Virus record (IMG/VR): IMGVR_UViG_3300032291_001823 | Location: 1-64,000 of that record | Direction: 5' to 3' (one strand) | Source: a virus | Length of the DNA stretch: 64,000 nucleotides | Shown: piece by piece, positions 49,201 through 59,100 of the stretch | Layout: every line of letters starts with the position of its first letter | How positions within the stretch are numbered: the stretch's first letter is position 1 | The notes under the pieces: model-generated | Told to the model about the DNA's origin: nothing | The model's input: only the letters and a program-made list of their open reading frames with translations | Databases searched by the model: none | Made by a program: the position numbers and the translations under genes

Positions 49201-52200
49201 AACTCCCTGCTCGTTCTCTGAAGGAGAAAGTTCTCAGATTCTTCAGAAGCATTATTGAATTCTTCAAGCAGTTTGTACAGAAACCTTCTATGAAGGAACA
49301 ACTGTTTAAAGCAATTGACACAGGTAGATTTAAAGAAAGAGTTATTTCAGAGAGCGCAAAGAATGAATTTGCTGAATATAGAGCTGTAGAAGGATTGACA
49401 GAAGAGCAAACTCATGACTTTGTACAGGATATTACAGCTCGTGTTTTTCAAATAGCATTTGGAACAAACATGTCTTTGTACAATCCTGAGCAAATTACAG
49501 CTCCTCAAATATTTGCAGAAATAAAAGAAAGCTATCAACAAGAAGGAAAATTAGATTTGCTTTCTGAAAATACATGGAGACAACTTATTGGTAAAACTCG
49601 TGACTTCCTTCGTACGTTCAAAATAGATTTTGATGAAGAGGGTGTTCTTGGTATAAACGATGAGAACTATAATAAGAATGATTATGCTCGTGAGGCATTC
49701 TCTACAGACTGGAAAAAGTCTTCTCCATTTCCTATCAAGTTAATCCTGGGTACATTAACAGAAACTGTACCAACAAGTCAGATAGACACCACTTCTTTGG
49801 ATCTTCCAAAACAAAAACTGTCTAGTGTAAATGGATATAAAATTCTAAACTTTGCAAGAACCTTTGCAACAGCTTTGGATAAGTTTGCAAACACCAACAG
49901 TGTAACAAAACTTGTAGACAAACTTATCGAACTGTCTAGATATGACAGTAATTACGTTCGCCTCTTCACTCGTCTGAAGGGAGATAGAAACACTGTATCT
50001 ATAGACTTCTCAAAGTTCGAAGAGCAAGACTGGAGACTGTTCATCAACTTCTACCAGACATTTACAAAACAAAAACCTAATGCTGTTATACAATATATAG
50101 GTGAAAACAATGAAGTGTATAATGGTGCAGCTAATCTGTTCAGTGCTGTAGAACAATTTAAACAGGGATGGATTGAGAATGTTAAGACGTTAGCAAATGA
50201 TAATACATCTCTGATATATTATTATTCTCCAGATAAGACATATAGAACAAAGAAACTGTCTGATATTCCTATTGGTAATCCTCAACAGATGGTTGAGTTT
50301 CTTGACAAGCTTGGTATAAACTTCCCATTTGAGGTGTATCAAAACCTTAAAGACCCTCAACAAAAAGCTTTTGGAAGAGCTATATCTGCAATACATAAAT
50401 ATGCAAGTGAGAAAGAGATAGGAAAGGTTACAGGAGAAACACTCACCATAAATGGTCAGCTGAACACTCTTGCAGAACTTTATATAAAAGCCACCAATCC
50501 AAATATAGATTCTACATATTTTGGTGTAGATGGTAAACGTCAGCAATCTTATGCTGATAGTAATGCACCTTCTGTATTTGAGAACACGTTTAATGAAATA
50601 GAAACACTTGACGAGCTTCTTTCTGCAAGACCTGAACTTAACGATGTATTCTCTAAGAACAGTTTGATTCTAAAAAAAGGAGGACCATTCTTTGACAAAG
50701 ATGGTAAACGTACAGATAGGAAATTGAAAGTGGGCTACATCCAAGGTACAAAAGATACAGTGGATGATAAAGGAACATCTACATCAAAGCTAGGACTTGG
50801 TAGTAGGTTTACACAAGAGTTTAATCAAAACTTGTCTGGTGACTACTATATTCTTATTCCTGCAGACGGATCTACAGAATGGATGCTCAATCTTGGAAAC
50901 CAAATAAGTTTTGAAGATTTTGAAGGAAATGAGGCAAATGATCAAATCCACAAAGTGTTCAGAGGTTATCTGGAAGATGAGATTGAACTTGCCCTGTCTG
51001 ACAGGTCTTATTTGAGAAATGTCAAACCTCGTGCAAAAGAACTTCGTTTCTTCAAAGATATTCTTTCTGAAAACCTTTTGACAAACTTAAACAAGTTAAT
51101 AGAAAAAGGTGACAAAGAAAAAATCAAAGAGTTCATTGATGAAAATATTTCTGAGATAAATGCAAACATAGACGACTATGTAAATGGTACAGTGGATGAT
51201 TCAATTAGAGATTTTAAAAATAATAGTCAGATTTTCCAAATTAATGAGGATGCTTATTCATTCCCATTAATGAATGATAAGTTTGCAAAAGAGCAAGATG
51301 TTAATAAATATAACATGTCTGAGGATGAGCTGAAGGCATTGTTCAAATTTGCAAACACCAATTACATCATAAACAATATTGAGTTCCATAAGATATTGTT
51401 TGGTGATCCTTATCAGTTTGCAATTAAAGAAAATCAACTGGATGAGACAAAACGTATCAAATCATTCCTCTCTCCAAGAAGAGTGACATTTGATAGCCCT
51501 GAGTTTAACACATGGTTGAATAGTAAGAATAAAGCAGGAGACATTTCTCTCTTACCTGGAGATCCTGGTTACCATGTACATAAAAGTTACACTTCAACAA
51601 TCACCACTGCTGACGTAAATATTGTTGGTAGTATTGCTATGATGGAAGGTGTTCCTAAAGATATAAAAGATGCTTATGCCAAAACAAATGAGGCAGATGC
51701 AGCATCTATATTGATGGACACTACATACAGAGAAATCAAGAATAAGAACGGACAATGGAGTAGGGAAGCTGAAGATTGGCATCAGTGGCAAATGGCTTAT
51801 ACAAGAAACAGGATGTCTGCCAAAGGATTGTACACTTATACAAATGACAATCTTAAAAAACAAGATGAGAAAACTATATCATCTCCTTCACCTAAACATA
51901 CATTAGAGATATTGAAACCTATTGTGACTGGTAGTAAACACAATAAGAACACTATCGATCTTGTGTTGGATAAGTTTTCTCAAATGCCCATGTATTATAG
52001 CATGATTGAGGGAACCAATCTAGAGAACCTCTATCTGAAGATGATGAAGGAGGACGTAGGATATACAATAATGATAAGTGGTAGAAAGGTTGGAGCTGAA
52101 AGTCTTCATAGTTTGTACAATCAAGATGGCTCATTTAATCAAGAAGCTTTCAATAATCGAATTGAAGTTCCTTGGAAGGCTTATGGTATTCAAGTGGAAA

Positions 52201-55200
52201 CTACAACAGAAGACGATAAGTATCAAACAAGAGGATCTCAGCTTACTAAAATGTCAAGCATGGATCTCTTTAGCAATGGTGAACCTCTTAGTAAAAATCC
52301 TGAAAGACAAGCAGTTATAAGAAAAGCTTATGATAGGAATAAGGATATTCTTGACAAGATGCATGAGAATTCTTATTATGAGCTTCTTAATAAATTAGGA
52401 GTTGAAGACCTTGGTGATAGTTTTAATGTAGTGGATAGGAAGAAACTTTCAGAATCTCTTGAACATGAGATGCTTAGAAGGGAGCTTTCTGACAATGCTA
52501 TTGATACTGTTAGAACTGATGAGAACGGTCAATTCAGAATACCATTTGAATCATCTCCTGCATACACACAGATAAGAAGTCTTATGTTCTCTATGGTGGA
52601 CAAAGCTCTTGTTTCTCCAAAGATGAGTGGTGGTGCACACGTACAGGTTCCTGTTACACTCTGGGAATCTGCTACAAAAGGAAGAAGCTTGGCTTATAAA
52701 ACCAAAGATGGTTGGAAAAAGATAACCAAAGAGGCATATGATAAGCTAGATGATAATGAGAAGAAGAAGGTGGCTCTTACAGATGACACTCTTAAGTTCT
52801 ATACAAAGGATGCTCCGTATTGCGAAGTGATGATTCCTCATTGGTTCAAAGACAAGTTTCCAAAAAACAAATTCAAGACAGATGAAGATATTCTTAACTA
52901 TCTGAATAATACAGAAGAGGGTAGGAAGATTCTTACAGGTATAGGATTTCGTATTCCTACACAGGCAACAAGTTCTGTTGAGGTGTTTAGGGTGAAAGGG
53001 TTTCTTCCAAAATATATGGGAGCAACAGTTATTGTACCTTCTGAAATCACCACTAAGTCTGGATCTGACTTTGATATTGATAAACTCAATATGTACCTGA
53101 AGTCTGTATACGTGAATGCAAGAGGTGAGGTTAAGTTGATAAAATATCTAGGATCTGAAGGAAAAACAAAAGAATTCTTTAGAGGTGAGTTTGATAGGAT
53201 TCTTGAAGGTAAAGCAGTTAAGAAAGCTGAACTACTTGAGGCAGTTGATATTCTTGCATACAATTTAGCAGATCCGAAAAACCTTCTTAAGAGGTATGAT
53301 GGTATTTTGAATGTACTTTTAGAAGAGTATAACGATATTTCTGATTTGGCAGATTCTCTTATGAAGGATTTGGAAAAACTTGGAGATGAGTCTGTTCAAG
53401 CTGATCTTAAAGAAAAGTTTGTAAACCAAGCATATAAGCAATCCCTTGAGAATGAATATTACGAATCTCTTGAAGAATTGCTCACTCTTCCTGAAGTGTT
53501 CCAAAGATTAATATCTCCTGTAAGTGATGGTGGTCTTAAGAAACTGTCTGAAAGACTGGATGAATTAACAGGTTTTGACGAGAGTAAGATTAAGAACAGG
53601 CTTCTTAACAGAAGCTATATGACTGCTCTCAGACATGCTTTTGTATCTGCAAAGAAATGGGTGGGTATTGCTGCTGTTAATATTACAGGACACTCATTGT
53701 TCCAGAAGTCTCAAATATATCTTGACCCAGAAAGATTTGCATTTTTACCAAAGAGAGACAAAGAACTTCTTGGAGATGGTTCAGTTGTTCTCCCTCACAA
53801 CACTGTTGTTGTAAATGGAAAGACATACGTATCAATGTCTGGAGCAAAGACTGAAGATGGAACACAATACATATCTGATAGATTGTCTGGATATGGTACA
53901 TCCTTTGTGGATGTTGCAAAAGATCCATACATCATGAAGATTATAAAGAGTGAATTGGTTGTTGGTACATTTATGTATCTTGAGAGAATTGGTGTAGGTG
54001 AGAAAGCTGCAATGTTCTTGAATCAACCAATCATTGCTAAATACCTTAGCCATCTGGACAGCATTGGTTATAAAAACCTATTCAACAAAGGTAATATAAC
54101 TAATGCCCTGGAATCTTTTCCTTCAAAAGGAGAAACATTTAGGGCAGCAGGTATAGATGTAAATTCTCTTGGGAGTAATATTGAGAAGTATTACAAAAAT
54201 GGTGGTAAGTTTGACACAGACATAGACAATGCTGTTCAGCAAAAGATATTCTTTGAGTTCTTGAAATATGCTAAAATGGCTGAGTTCAGTTTCAACCTCA
54301 CTCAAGGATATAACTACGACACTACTAGATTTGGTAGTGGTGACGCTCTATTCAGAAAACAAGTAAAAACCCAGAAAGCAAGAGATAAAAATATATTCTC
54401 TTCTATAGATAAGGTTTTTGATACATCATTTATTGGTGAGCAAGCTTTTTTAATTGACAAATCTACAGAAGCATTAGGAGAATATCTAAAGCTTGAAAAT
54501 CCAAAACTGAGAATAATAAGCGACAGTGTTCTAAGACCGTTTGCTGAAAACCAGTATTTGTCAGCTGACGATTATGAAAGGATAGGAAACAGGATTACAT
54601 CATCTTTCCTAGACTTCATAATCCAAACCAAGACAACGCTAAGTGATGAAATAAAAGAACTATTGGTAGATCCTGCTACAGCTGTAGCTACACAACTTGC
54701 TGAAGCTCAGGCTAAGTTTCCTGAAAACAAGTTGTTGAATGAACTGCAGGTGGTTAGTTCTGATAGGTTTGATGGAGCAAAAAGCATCAAGCTTAGGACA
54801 AATGATAAGTCTGCATACAGTGAAAATCTCTACCAAGGAATGTTCAGACAACTCAGAGACACTCCTGAGACAAATGCTTTATATAATAATATTGTAAAGC
54901 TGGCTATTCTTCAAGGAACCTATCAGAGTGCAATATCAATAAGGAATGTAATTCCTATTGAAGACTTTAGTAAAACAATTGCTCCAGTTATTGCAAATCT
55001 TGTAGCCACTCCTGAAATAGAAGCATTTGCAAAAGGAGCATTCCAAAGAAACAATTGGAAGAACCAAGATGTATGGAGAACAATTTCTCCTAAGTTTTTT
55101 GTAAACGATGAACCTATTGGACAAGTTGAGACGTACAGTGGTGATGTTATTGACATCTATCAATACAACTCTCCTGCATTTCCAAATGTTGCAAATCTGA

Positions 55201-56144
55201 ATATAAAAAGTGAAGATAGAAAAATCCTTACACTGAATGAGGCTTATAACTATCTCGATGTACAAAGAGACTTCCTTTTAGTTCCTGCTGTTGTTACAGA
55301 TAGAAAGACTGGTGATATGATTGACGTTGAGTCAGGAACCACTATGGCAAAATCAATGATTGCTCAAATGAAAGCAAAAGGTGATATGTCATACAAGGAT
55401 GTATATGGTTATCAGAAGGTGAGATATGATAATGGAGATCCTGTTCTTACATATGATAAGGATGGAAATGCAATACACATTTACAAACTTATCAATCTAT
55501 ATGGAGATGGAGTGTTTGCTTCTGAGTATTATAGTGTAAACAAACCTTCTGTGTTCAACAATGGTACAAAGAAGATTGATAATGAGATTCCTAACGCAGA
55601 CATTATTAACTACTTTGCTCCAAGAACAACAGATCCTAAACCAATAGCTCCTACTCCTATAGAACCTAAACCTGCTGAAGAACCTAAGAAGAAAGAACTA
55701 TTCACTCCAGAGAAAGGAATTGCTCAGAAATCATTCAGAGGCAAGCCGTTGAACTTTGTAGACAAGATTCCTACACAAAAGGAAACAGTTGTTGCAATGC
55801 AGAACAATAGACAAACTGGTGTAATCACTATAGATTATAAAGCCATGGTTCAAAAGTTTGACGATAAGGCATGGACTAAACCAGCTAAGCAACTCGATGG
55901 ATCTTTTGCTACACCTTTAGCTGAAGATGCATTTAAAAGTGCAGAGGAATGGTTTACCTTTGCATTGATTCATGAAGTGAAGCATGATACAATTTTTAAA
56001 GAACCAGGAGAGACAACAGGACAATACGAGGATAGGATTAATCAAGCTGCTATGAAAGACCTTGAGGAAAACTATACAAAACCTCCAGTTGTAGATAATT
56101 TTCCTGACAAGAATTTGAATGTTAAAGATCAAAAATGTAACTAA
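43248..56144 (+). CDS. virion-packaged DNA-dependent RNA polymerase (large multidomain cargo protein)
   Basis: 4298 aa; GFRIPTQ...VPSEITTKSGSDFDIDK with DFDID at 53067-53081; ETKRIKSF; N-terminal hydrophobic Gly/Ala segments; zincin-like motifs. Confidence 0.92.
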   Translation: MAIFKEELITNTPLEGDPIPQLALGTPQLSAMPTLPNIEVSGGSVNKSIEGLDSSQLSKLAKLPGQGGGANLIPLSEVAANKRYNTYVRGMDLENIYGMQQSAWAQLGNSAVKMAGLAAGTFAQSFATIPNTISAFKNGTAALSGGPDSYEAAIDDWTKNLEDYFPNYYTRKEKENPYLAIVPFMPGSANFWGDKIIKNLGFTAGAIGGALVQDAIIGAATEGIGAAPLVASQLGKASLWLNKLYAGSTKVDKVLDLAKTVGKTEQQILNIKRLGEIAAGTKVTNGFRYGMGIYGSSRTEAAIEARDGYRQVKDELIKEYKSQNPGKEPISSDLEEIEKYATDAMNTRFGINMALLTVSNAVQFGNLFKSFTSAQKGISGQLTRDIDEVGKIGLKEGSLDLFERKGAQTLSGKIWESVQPKLPNILSEGVYEEGGQYAAEKGTYDYFTRKYKNLSNPLYKDNWSTTVEAVNSTVKGLKDQFGTDEGLENMIVGAISAMISGGIMSKIDTVRGQGSDERLQSSINILNQYGLTGVLSSNFENTLNSAGIAKEMDEAVKANDVFKYKNLKNDMFINFVQSRIPSGMHEVTIEQLRMLKDLDKAEFEKSFGMDFNSSNKSTVNEYVDSLIDEANQIKKISDSIDFTFKNPFKKIDNPTTTEEGIETSRFNDFNKWKAELTFLAAKIPHVNNRLDSIQQSVNSISPIVTNDLLSQLTNKESLKDLSTSYEEKANQLNKTITEFTSIQDKKRINNQVKALRTASERINLGLTNGVDGKLFDYLLNFELNNQDPTASRQVGPENTTDLFTYGHDINRLNSLKDDVSELYDNLTGEKGFNKFMDQGEQLRSGAIPEEEDKEEKEIVVKEGPQFTNKAGVKETFEEGREYQIPAGKKAKIDKIADDRWQVTAPDGNITFYESEEKAKEQVDSINEEFGNLQKAKVIAINPDGTLKVEDINGDIYNVDPSKFEGYEKVETEQEKLQKFKQDVEEDQKDIEHTSGTIASKENTAKTKAEFDVESKKKGIEWLFISTSGASEDWESGKLSPSQQRAITLRNNYRNLPNRNNLRIILVTQNQENSLGLSGLTAMSMANTGVDSSTYTDLNDGFVGAVYVEQDGADVYFVDKSGKKLGKVGDPVDINQVVFDTMPTTSLTWSDKENRYRAGDEDKAQEYSDRWKAKRNQLFNTPEGKYEIYKFSVSPGIPDIANLSDNNTVGETLIPENEIVYQEGLVVIPTTGNIQHQGRNLKFPDGVPVFQYRDVLTFLKTRKFTKAEARTIFEVMKKMSEDIKQKLDQGKKIKSNKKYTRFLQNVLYWRKSPKTDKNQIFIDYDTMDFFFGGKRYDLTNLGASEAEIIDQLENLYANINNDSLTKNFSEKFNEYYIDESKNLATRTWDNYQSYLLSSKYPDGSNRSVVDIPLTTPIQKPTELKPFNFKQKYSILEGVELPSIEVKPVVKPEAPTAPAPSGKKIGDYTVDGVTQNVYQLKNGPVGFTATIKDGEVFVEVESNDTIKKITDNKDALNNTIIPLLKAEKKFDATEKDEQHVLGFVSLKIANDLQKQLNASVAPTTAAVLQPDVSPLAQVQGTARTEPLTTAVSTDAKTDIEETGNQLQVIQMMTLRIKSLSKEERALMDKYYDVLNAEGLRNGKELSELYYKVKKDGSNPELVKKVDEFLSEVKKLQAAPAVTDVKPTTQFTQSFGAFTVYEGSDGSYDVQDNTGEGIIAEYVKTKEEAILIAKRADIEKRKQEEIKQKAPYVLIKGSYEGENKTIGTLTFKSNVDNIYAYDEGSTNISKDALRGDKRLSKITKEQYDAAIKAPELIKEIEAEYNAKLDVLEGIKPTAPTNFGGTKPPPNTEYRRVGADGIERISSEELELFKAWAAEKVPTIPYTVMENVLTTHDGEKAWGAFENGVAKFYRSAARGTEYHEIGEAVWNGMLSPEERQAILDEERQKSGKFKDRQSGKTYSYDDPNVTDQMLKERIMDDFAEFRLGKLPARSLKEKVLRFFRSIIEFFKQFVQKPSMKEQLFKAIDTGRFKERVISESAKNEFAEYRAVEGLTEEQTHDFVQDITARVFQIAFGTNMSLYNPEQITAPQIFAEIKESYQQEGKLDLLSENTWRQLIGKTRDFLRTFKIDFDEEGVLGINDENYNKNDYAREAFSTDWKKSSPFPIKLILGTLTETVPTSQIDTTSLDLPKQKLSSVNGYKILNFARTFATALDKFANTNSVTKLVDKLIELSRYDSNYVRLFTRLKGDRNTVSIDFSKFEEQDWRLFINFYQTFTKQKPNAVIQYIGENNEVYNGAANLFSAVEQFKQGWIENVKTLANDNTSLIYYYSPDKTYRTKKLSDIPIGNPQQMVEFLDKLGINFPFEVYQNLKDPQQKAFGRAISAIHKYASEKEIGKVTGETLTINGQLNTLAELYIKATNPNIDSTYFGVDGKRQQSYADSNAPSVFENTFNEIETLDELLSARPELNDVFSKNSLILKKGGPFFDKDGKRTDRKLKVGYIQGTKDTVDDKGTSTSKLGLGSRFTQEFNQNLSGDYYILIPADGSTEWMLNLGNQISFEDFEGNEANDQIHKVFRGYLEDEIELALSDRSYLRNVKPRAKELRFFKDILSENLLTNLNKLIEKGDKEKIKEFIDENISEINANIDDYVNGTVDDSIRDFKNNSQIFQINEDAYSFPLMNDKFAKEQDVNKYNMSEDELKALFKFANTNYIINNIEFHKILFGDPYQFAIKENQLDETKRIKSFLSPRRVTFDSPEFNTWLNSKNKAGDISLLPGDPGYHVHKSYTSTITTADVNIVGSIAMMEGVPKDIKDAYAKTNEADAASILMDTTYREIKNKNGQWSREAEDWHQWQMAYTRNRMSAKGLYTYTNDNLKKQDEKTISSPSPKHTLEILKPIVTGSKHNKNTIDLVLDKFSQMPMYYSMIEGTNLENLYLKMMKEDVGYTIMISGRKVGAESLHSLYNQDGSFNQEAFNNRIEVPWKAYGIQVETTTEDDKYQTRGSQLTKMSSMDLFSNGEPLSKNPERQAVIRKAYDRNKDILDKMHENSYYELLNKLGVEDLGDSFNVVDRKKLSESLEHEMLRRELSDNAIDTVRTDENGQFRIPFESSPAYTQIRSLMFSMVDKALVSPKMSGGAHVQVPVTLWESATKGRSLAYKTKDGWKKITKEAYDKLDDNEKKKVALTDDTLKFYTKDAPYCEVMIPHWFKDKFPKNKFKTDEDILNYLNNTEEGRKILTGIGFRIPTQATSSVEVFRVKGFLPKYMGATVIVPSEITTKSGSDFDIDKLNMYLKSVYVNARGEVKLIKYLGSEGKTKEFFRGEFDRILEGKAVKKAELLEAVDILAYNLADPKNLLKRYDGILNVLLEEYNDISDLADSLMKDLEKLGDESVQADLKEKFVNQAYKQSLENEYYESLEELLTLPEVFQRLISPVSDGGLKKLSERLDELTGFDESKIKNRLLNRSYMTALRHAFVSAKKWVGIAAVNITGHSLFQKSQIYLDPERFAFLPKRDKELLGDGSVVLPHNTVVVNGKTYVSMSGAKTEDGTQYISDRLSGYGTSFVDVAKDPYIMKIIKSELVVGTFMYLERIGVGEKAAMFLNQPIIAKYLSHLDSIGYKNLFNKGNITNALESFPSKGETFRAAGIDVNSLGSNIEKYYKNGGKFDTDIDNAVQQKIFFEFLKYAKMAEFSFNLTQGYNYDTTRFGSGDALFRKQVKTQKARDKNIFSSIDKVFDTSFIGEQAFLIDKSTEALGEYLKLENPKLRIISDSVLRPFAENQYLSADDYERIGNRITSSFLDFIIQTKTTLSDEIKELLVDPATAVATQLAEAQAKFPENKLLNELQVVSSDRFDGAKSIKLRTNDKSAYSENLYQGMFRQLRDTPETNALYNNIVKLAILQGTYQSAISIRNVIPIEDFSKTIAPVIANLVATPEIEAFAKGAFQRNNWKNQDVWRTISPKFFVNDEPIGQVETYSGDVIDIYQYNSPAFPNVANLNIKSEDRKILTLNEAYNYLDVQRDFLLVPAVVTDRKTGDMIDVESGTTMAKSMIAQMKAKGDMSYKDVYGYQKVRYDNGDPVLTYDKDGNAIHIYKLINLYGDGVFASEYYSVNKPSVFNNGTKKIDNEIPNADIINYFAPRTTDPKPIAPTPIEPKPAEEPKKKELFTPEKGIAQKSFRGKPLNFVDKIPTQKETVVAMQNNRQTGVITIDYKAMVQKFDDKAWTKPAKQLDGSFATPLAEDAFKSAEEWFTFALIHEVKHDTIFKEPGETTGQYEDRINQAAMKDLEENYTKPPVVDNFPDKNLNVKDQKCN

Positions 56145-59100
56145 TGGCTTGTAGATTAGATGTTAGAAAAGCAATATTAGACAATGCCTTTGATGAAGCT
56201 TTTGAGGGTAGGTATACATTTACACGTATGTCAGACGACACTGTCAGAATAAATGGTCAAGTGGATGCTGCACAAACAAAGGCTTTAAGTAGGAACCAGG
56301 CTATTAACATAGCTAATCAAAAACTAGAGTCAATCAAGAAATCATTCAATAATGCAATAACTGGATATGTTACAAACAGATCTGAGTATGATCCAGTTAC
56401 AATTACATTAAACGTTAATCCAGCATACATTGAATATGAATATAGGAAACTACCATTAGATAAACAAACTGATCCTGCAGATAGAATGTTTCAGCTTCCA
56501 GGAACAGAACTATCAAAAGCTTCTCCTGAGACAATCAAACGTATTAAAGAACTCCTCAATAGGATAGGTGTTGATTATCAAGTTGTTAGCAAGATAGCTG
56601 TCAATGGTAAAATAATTGGTGCAAACGGTGTTGCTGATATAACACAGAAGCTTATTCAAGTGGTGAATGGTAAAGAAGCAACAGCGCTTCCTGAGGAAGC
56701 TATGCACTTTGTTGTAGAAATCATCCAACAAACAGATCCTAAACTCTTCAGCACTCTTCTGAAGGAGATTAATGGATATAGGATGATGAAGGATGTATTT
56801 GCCACATACAGCAGCGATCCCAACTACCAAACAAAAGAAGGTAAACCTGATGTAATAAAACTCAAGAAAGAGGCTATTGCAAAGGTGCTTGCTGAAACAG
56901 TTATAAATAAGTCAGAAGGATCTATAGAAAATCCAGAGAATGTTGCTAAGGTGGAGAGTTGGTGGCAGAAAATAGTTAACTATCTAAAAGGATTGTTTAA
57001 TAAGAGTGGGTTTGACACAGCAGCAATGAAGATTATCTCTGGAGAAGAAATTGGAAGTGTAGATGATGTTAGAAATAAAGAAGCACAGATATACCTACAG
57101 AAAGGTACTAGAGATTCTATATATGAAAAGCTTAAAGACATTTCTTCAAAGATTGAAAAAAAGGACGACGGATATTATATAGATGGTAAGAAGGTGCCTA
57201 GAAGGGTAACTGATCTTGTAAAAGATTGGTATGAGAGAAGGTTTAAAGCTAAAGATCTTACAAAGAATGAATATCAAACGGCTTTGTTTGATTTAAAGGC
57301 AGAGAAGGGAACAGCTGGTCATGCTGATCTTGAATATGCTTTTACTGTATTTGTAAACGAAGATGGATATTTAAGAACCACTCCACTTGATGATAGTGGA
57401 TATGTTTCCCAGCTCAATCCAGATAATAGGGATATGTACGAGCTTTTGAGAGATAACTTAAAAGAACGTCTCAACTCTTTTCCTAAAGAGAATGGAGGAA
57501 CAAGATTCTTGTCTGAAATAATGACGTATGATGCTAAACGTGGACTTGCTGGTACAATAGATTTCTTGGCAATTGAACCTGATGGTAAAACTAACATCCT
57601 GGACTGGAAGTTCATGGATTTGAATGTTGACAAATATACAGATGTTCCTTGGTATAAGGTGAATGCTTGGAGACAGCAAATGGAGCAATACAAACTCTTG
57701 TTGGAGAAAGTTTATGGGGTTAAACCACAAGACTTTAAGCAGACAAGAATGATTCCAATCAAGGCTAAATATGTTGGTGGAAATGTTAAAGAAGGAATCT
57801 TACCTACACTTTCAGGTATACAGATTGGAGATGTTAACGTAAAAAATGTTAAGGAGGATTACTTATTACCTGTAGGACTAGAAGGTGAAAAAACAGGAAA
57901 CAAAAAGATTGATGCTCTCCTGGAAAAACTAAATGCTGTATACAAAAAGATGTCTGAAAAGAAAGCTCTTCCTAGTGAGAAGCTTAATAAGGCTGAGCAA
58001 TTGAATGCTCTCTTTTCTGCTATTAGGCAGCTTCAGATTAAACAAAACATCAAACCTTTGTTGTATCAAGCAAAGGTGTTAAATAAACAACTGAATAAAC
58101 TTCTTGAGCAATACCAAACAAACTGGAAAGGAAAAGATGTCAAATCTTTCTCTCAAGAACAAATCAGCGCTTTCTATGATGAATTGGAAAATGCATACAA
58201 TTCAATATCACATTACACTACATTAGATACAGAACTTAAGTTTCTATTCCAAGGAGAACTGTCTGAAGAAGATAAAGCACTTAGAGAAGACTTAAGAGAT
58301 ACAGTTGATGATGCAAGAGGTATATTATCAGAACTATCTGAAGTGTCAGGAGAGTTTGTAGAAGACTTTGTAGCTGGATCTGAAGGAGTAGAGAACTTCC
58401 TCACTCCTGAGAAGGTGATAAAGGGTATAACAAAATGGTTTTCTTCTACAGCTACAATTCCATTAAAAGCTTTGGAGGTGCTGTATAAAAAAGCAAATAG
58501 AGCATTTACATATGCTGCTCAAGATACAATTGTTGAAACCAAAAAACTCACGAACATCAAATCTAAATATGATGAGTGGGCAAAAGGTAAAGGGTTGTCA
58601 TCTAAAAACTATTTCAGCTTTATAAAGAAAGAAAAGTCAAATGAGCTTATAGATGAGTTTAATCCAGAATTCTATAAAACTCTCAGAACAAAGATTGGTG
58701 AGAAGGACATTCAGTGGATTAAGAACAATATAAATGTTGCAGAATATACAGACTTTCTTAAAGAAAAACTGAAAGAAGATTTACAACGTATCCAAGATAA
58801 AGCAAGGGTGGGAACTGATGAGGAAATACAGAAAGAGATAAAAAGAGAAATTGCACAAACTAAATCTTTATACGACACATCTACAATAGATTCAGCTGGA
58901 TGGTATAACTATGACCTACTTAAAAAGTTTCCTGACAGAACTACTTGGGAATCAAATGAATGGAAACAACTTAATAAGACTGAGAACAAACCAGCTCTTG
59001 ATTTCTATAATTATATTAAAGAAAGGAACGAATACTATCAGGAGATAGGATATATCAGTAAGGCTGAGGCTAGGGTGTTTCTACCTTTTGTTCGTAAAGG

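Noticed and set aside
12486-56144. Inteins or introns in terminase, capsid or vRNAP
   Set aside because: No C/S...HN-C/S/T splice motifs or LAGLIDADG blocks were noticed, and the frames are uninterrupted.
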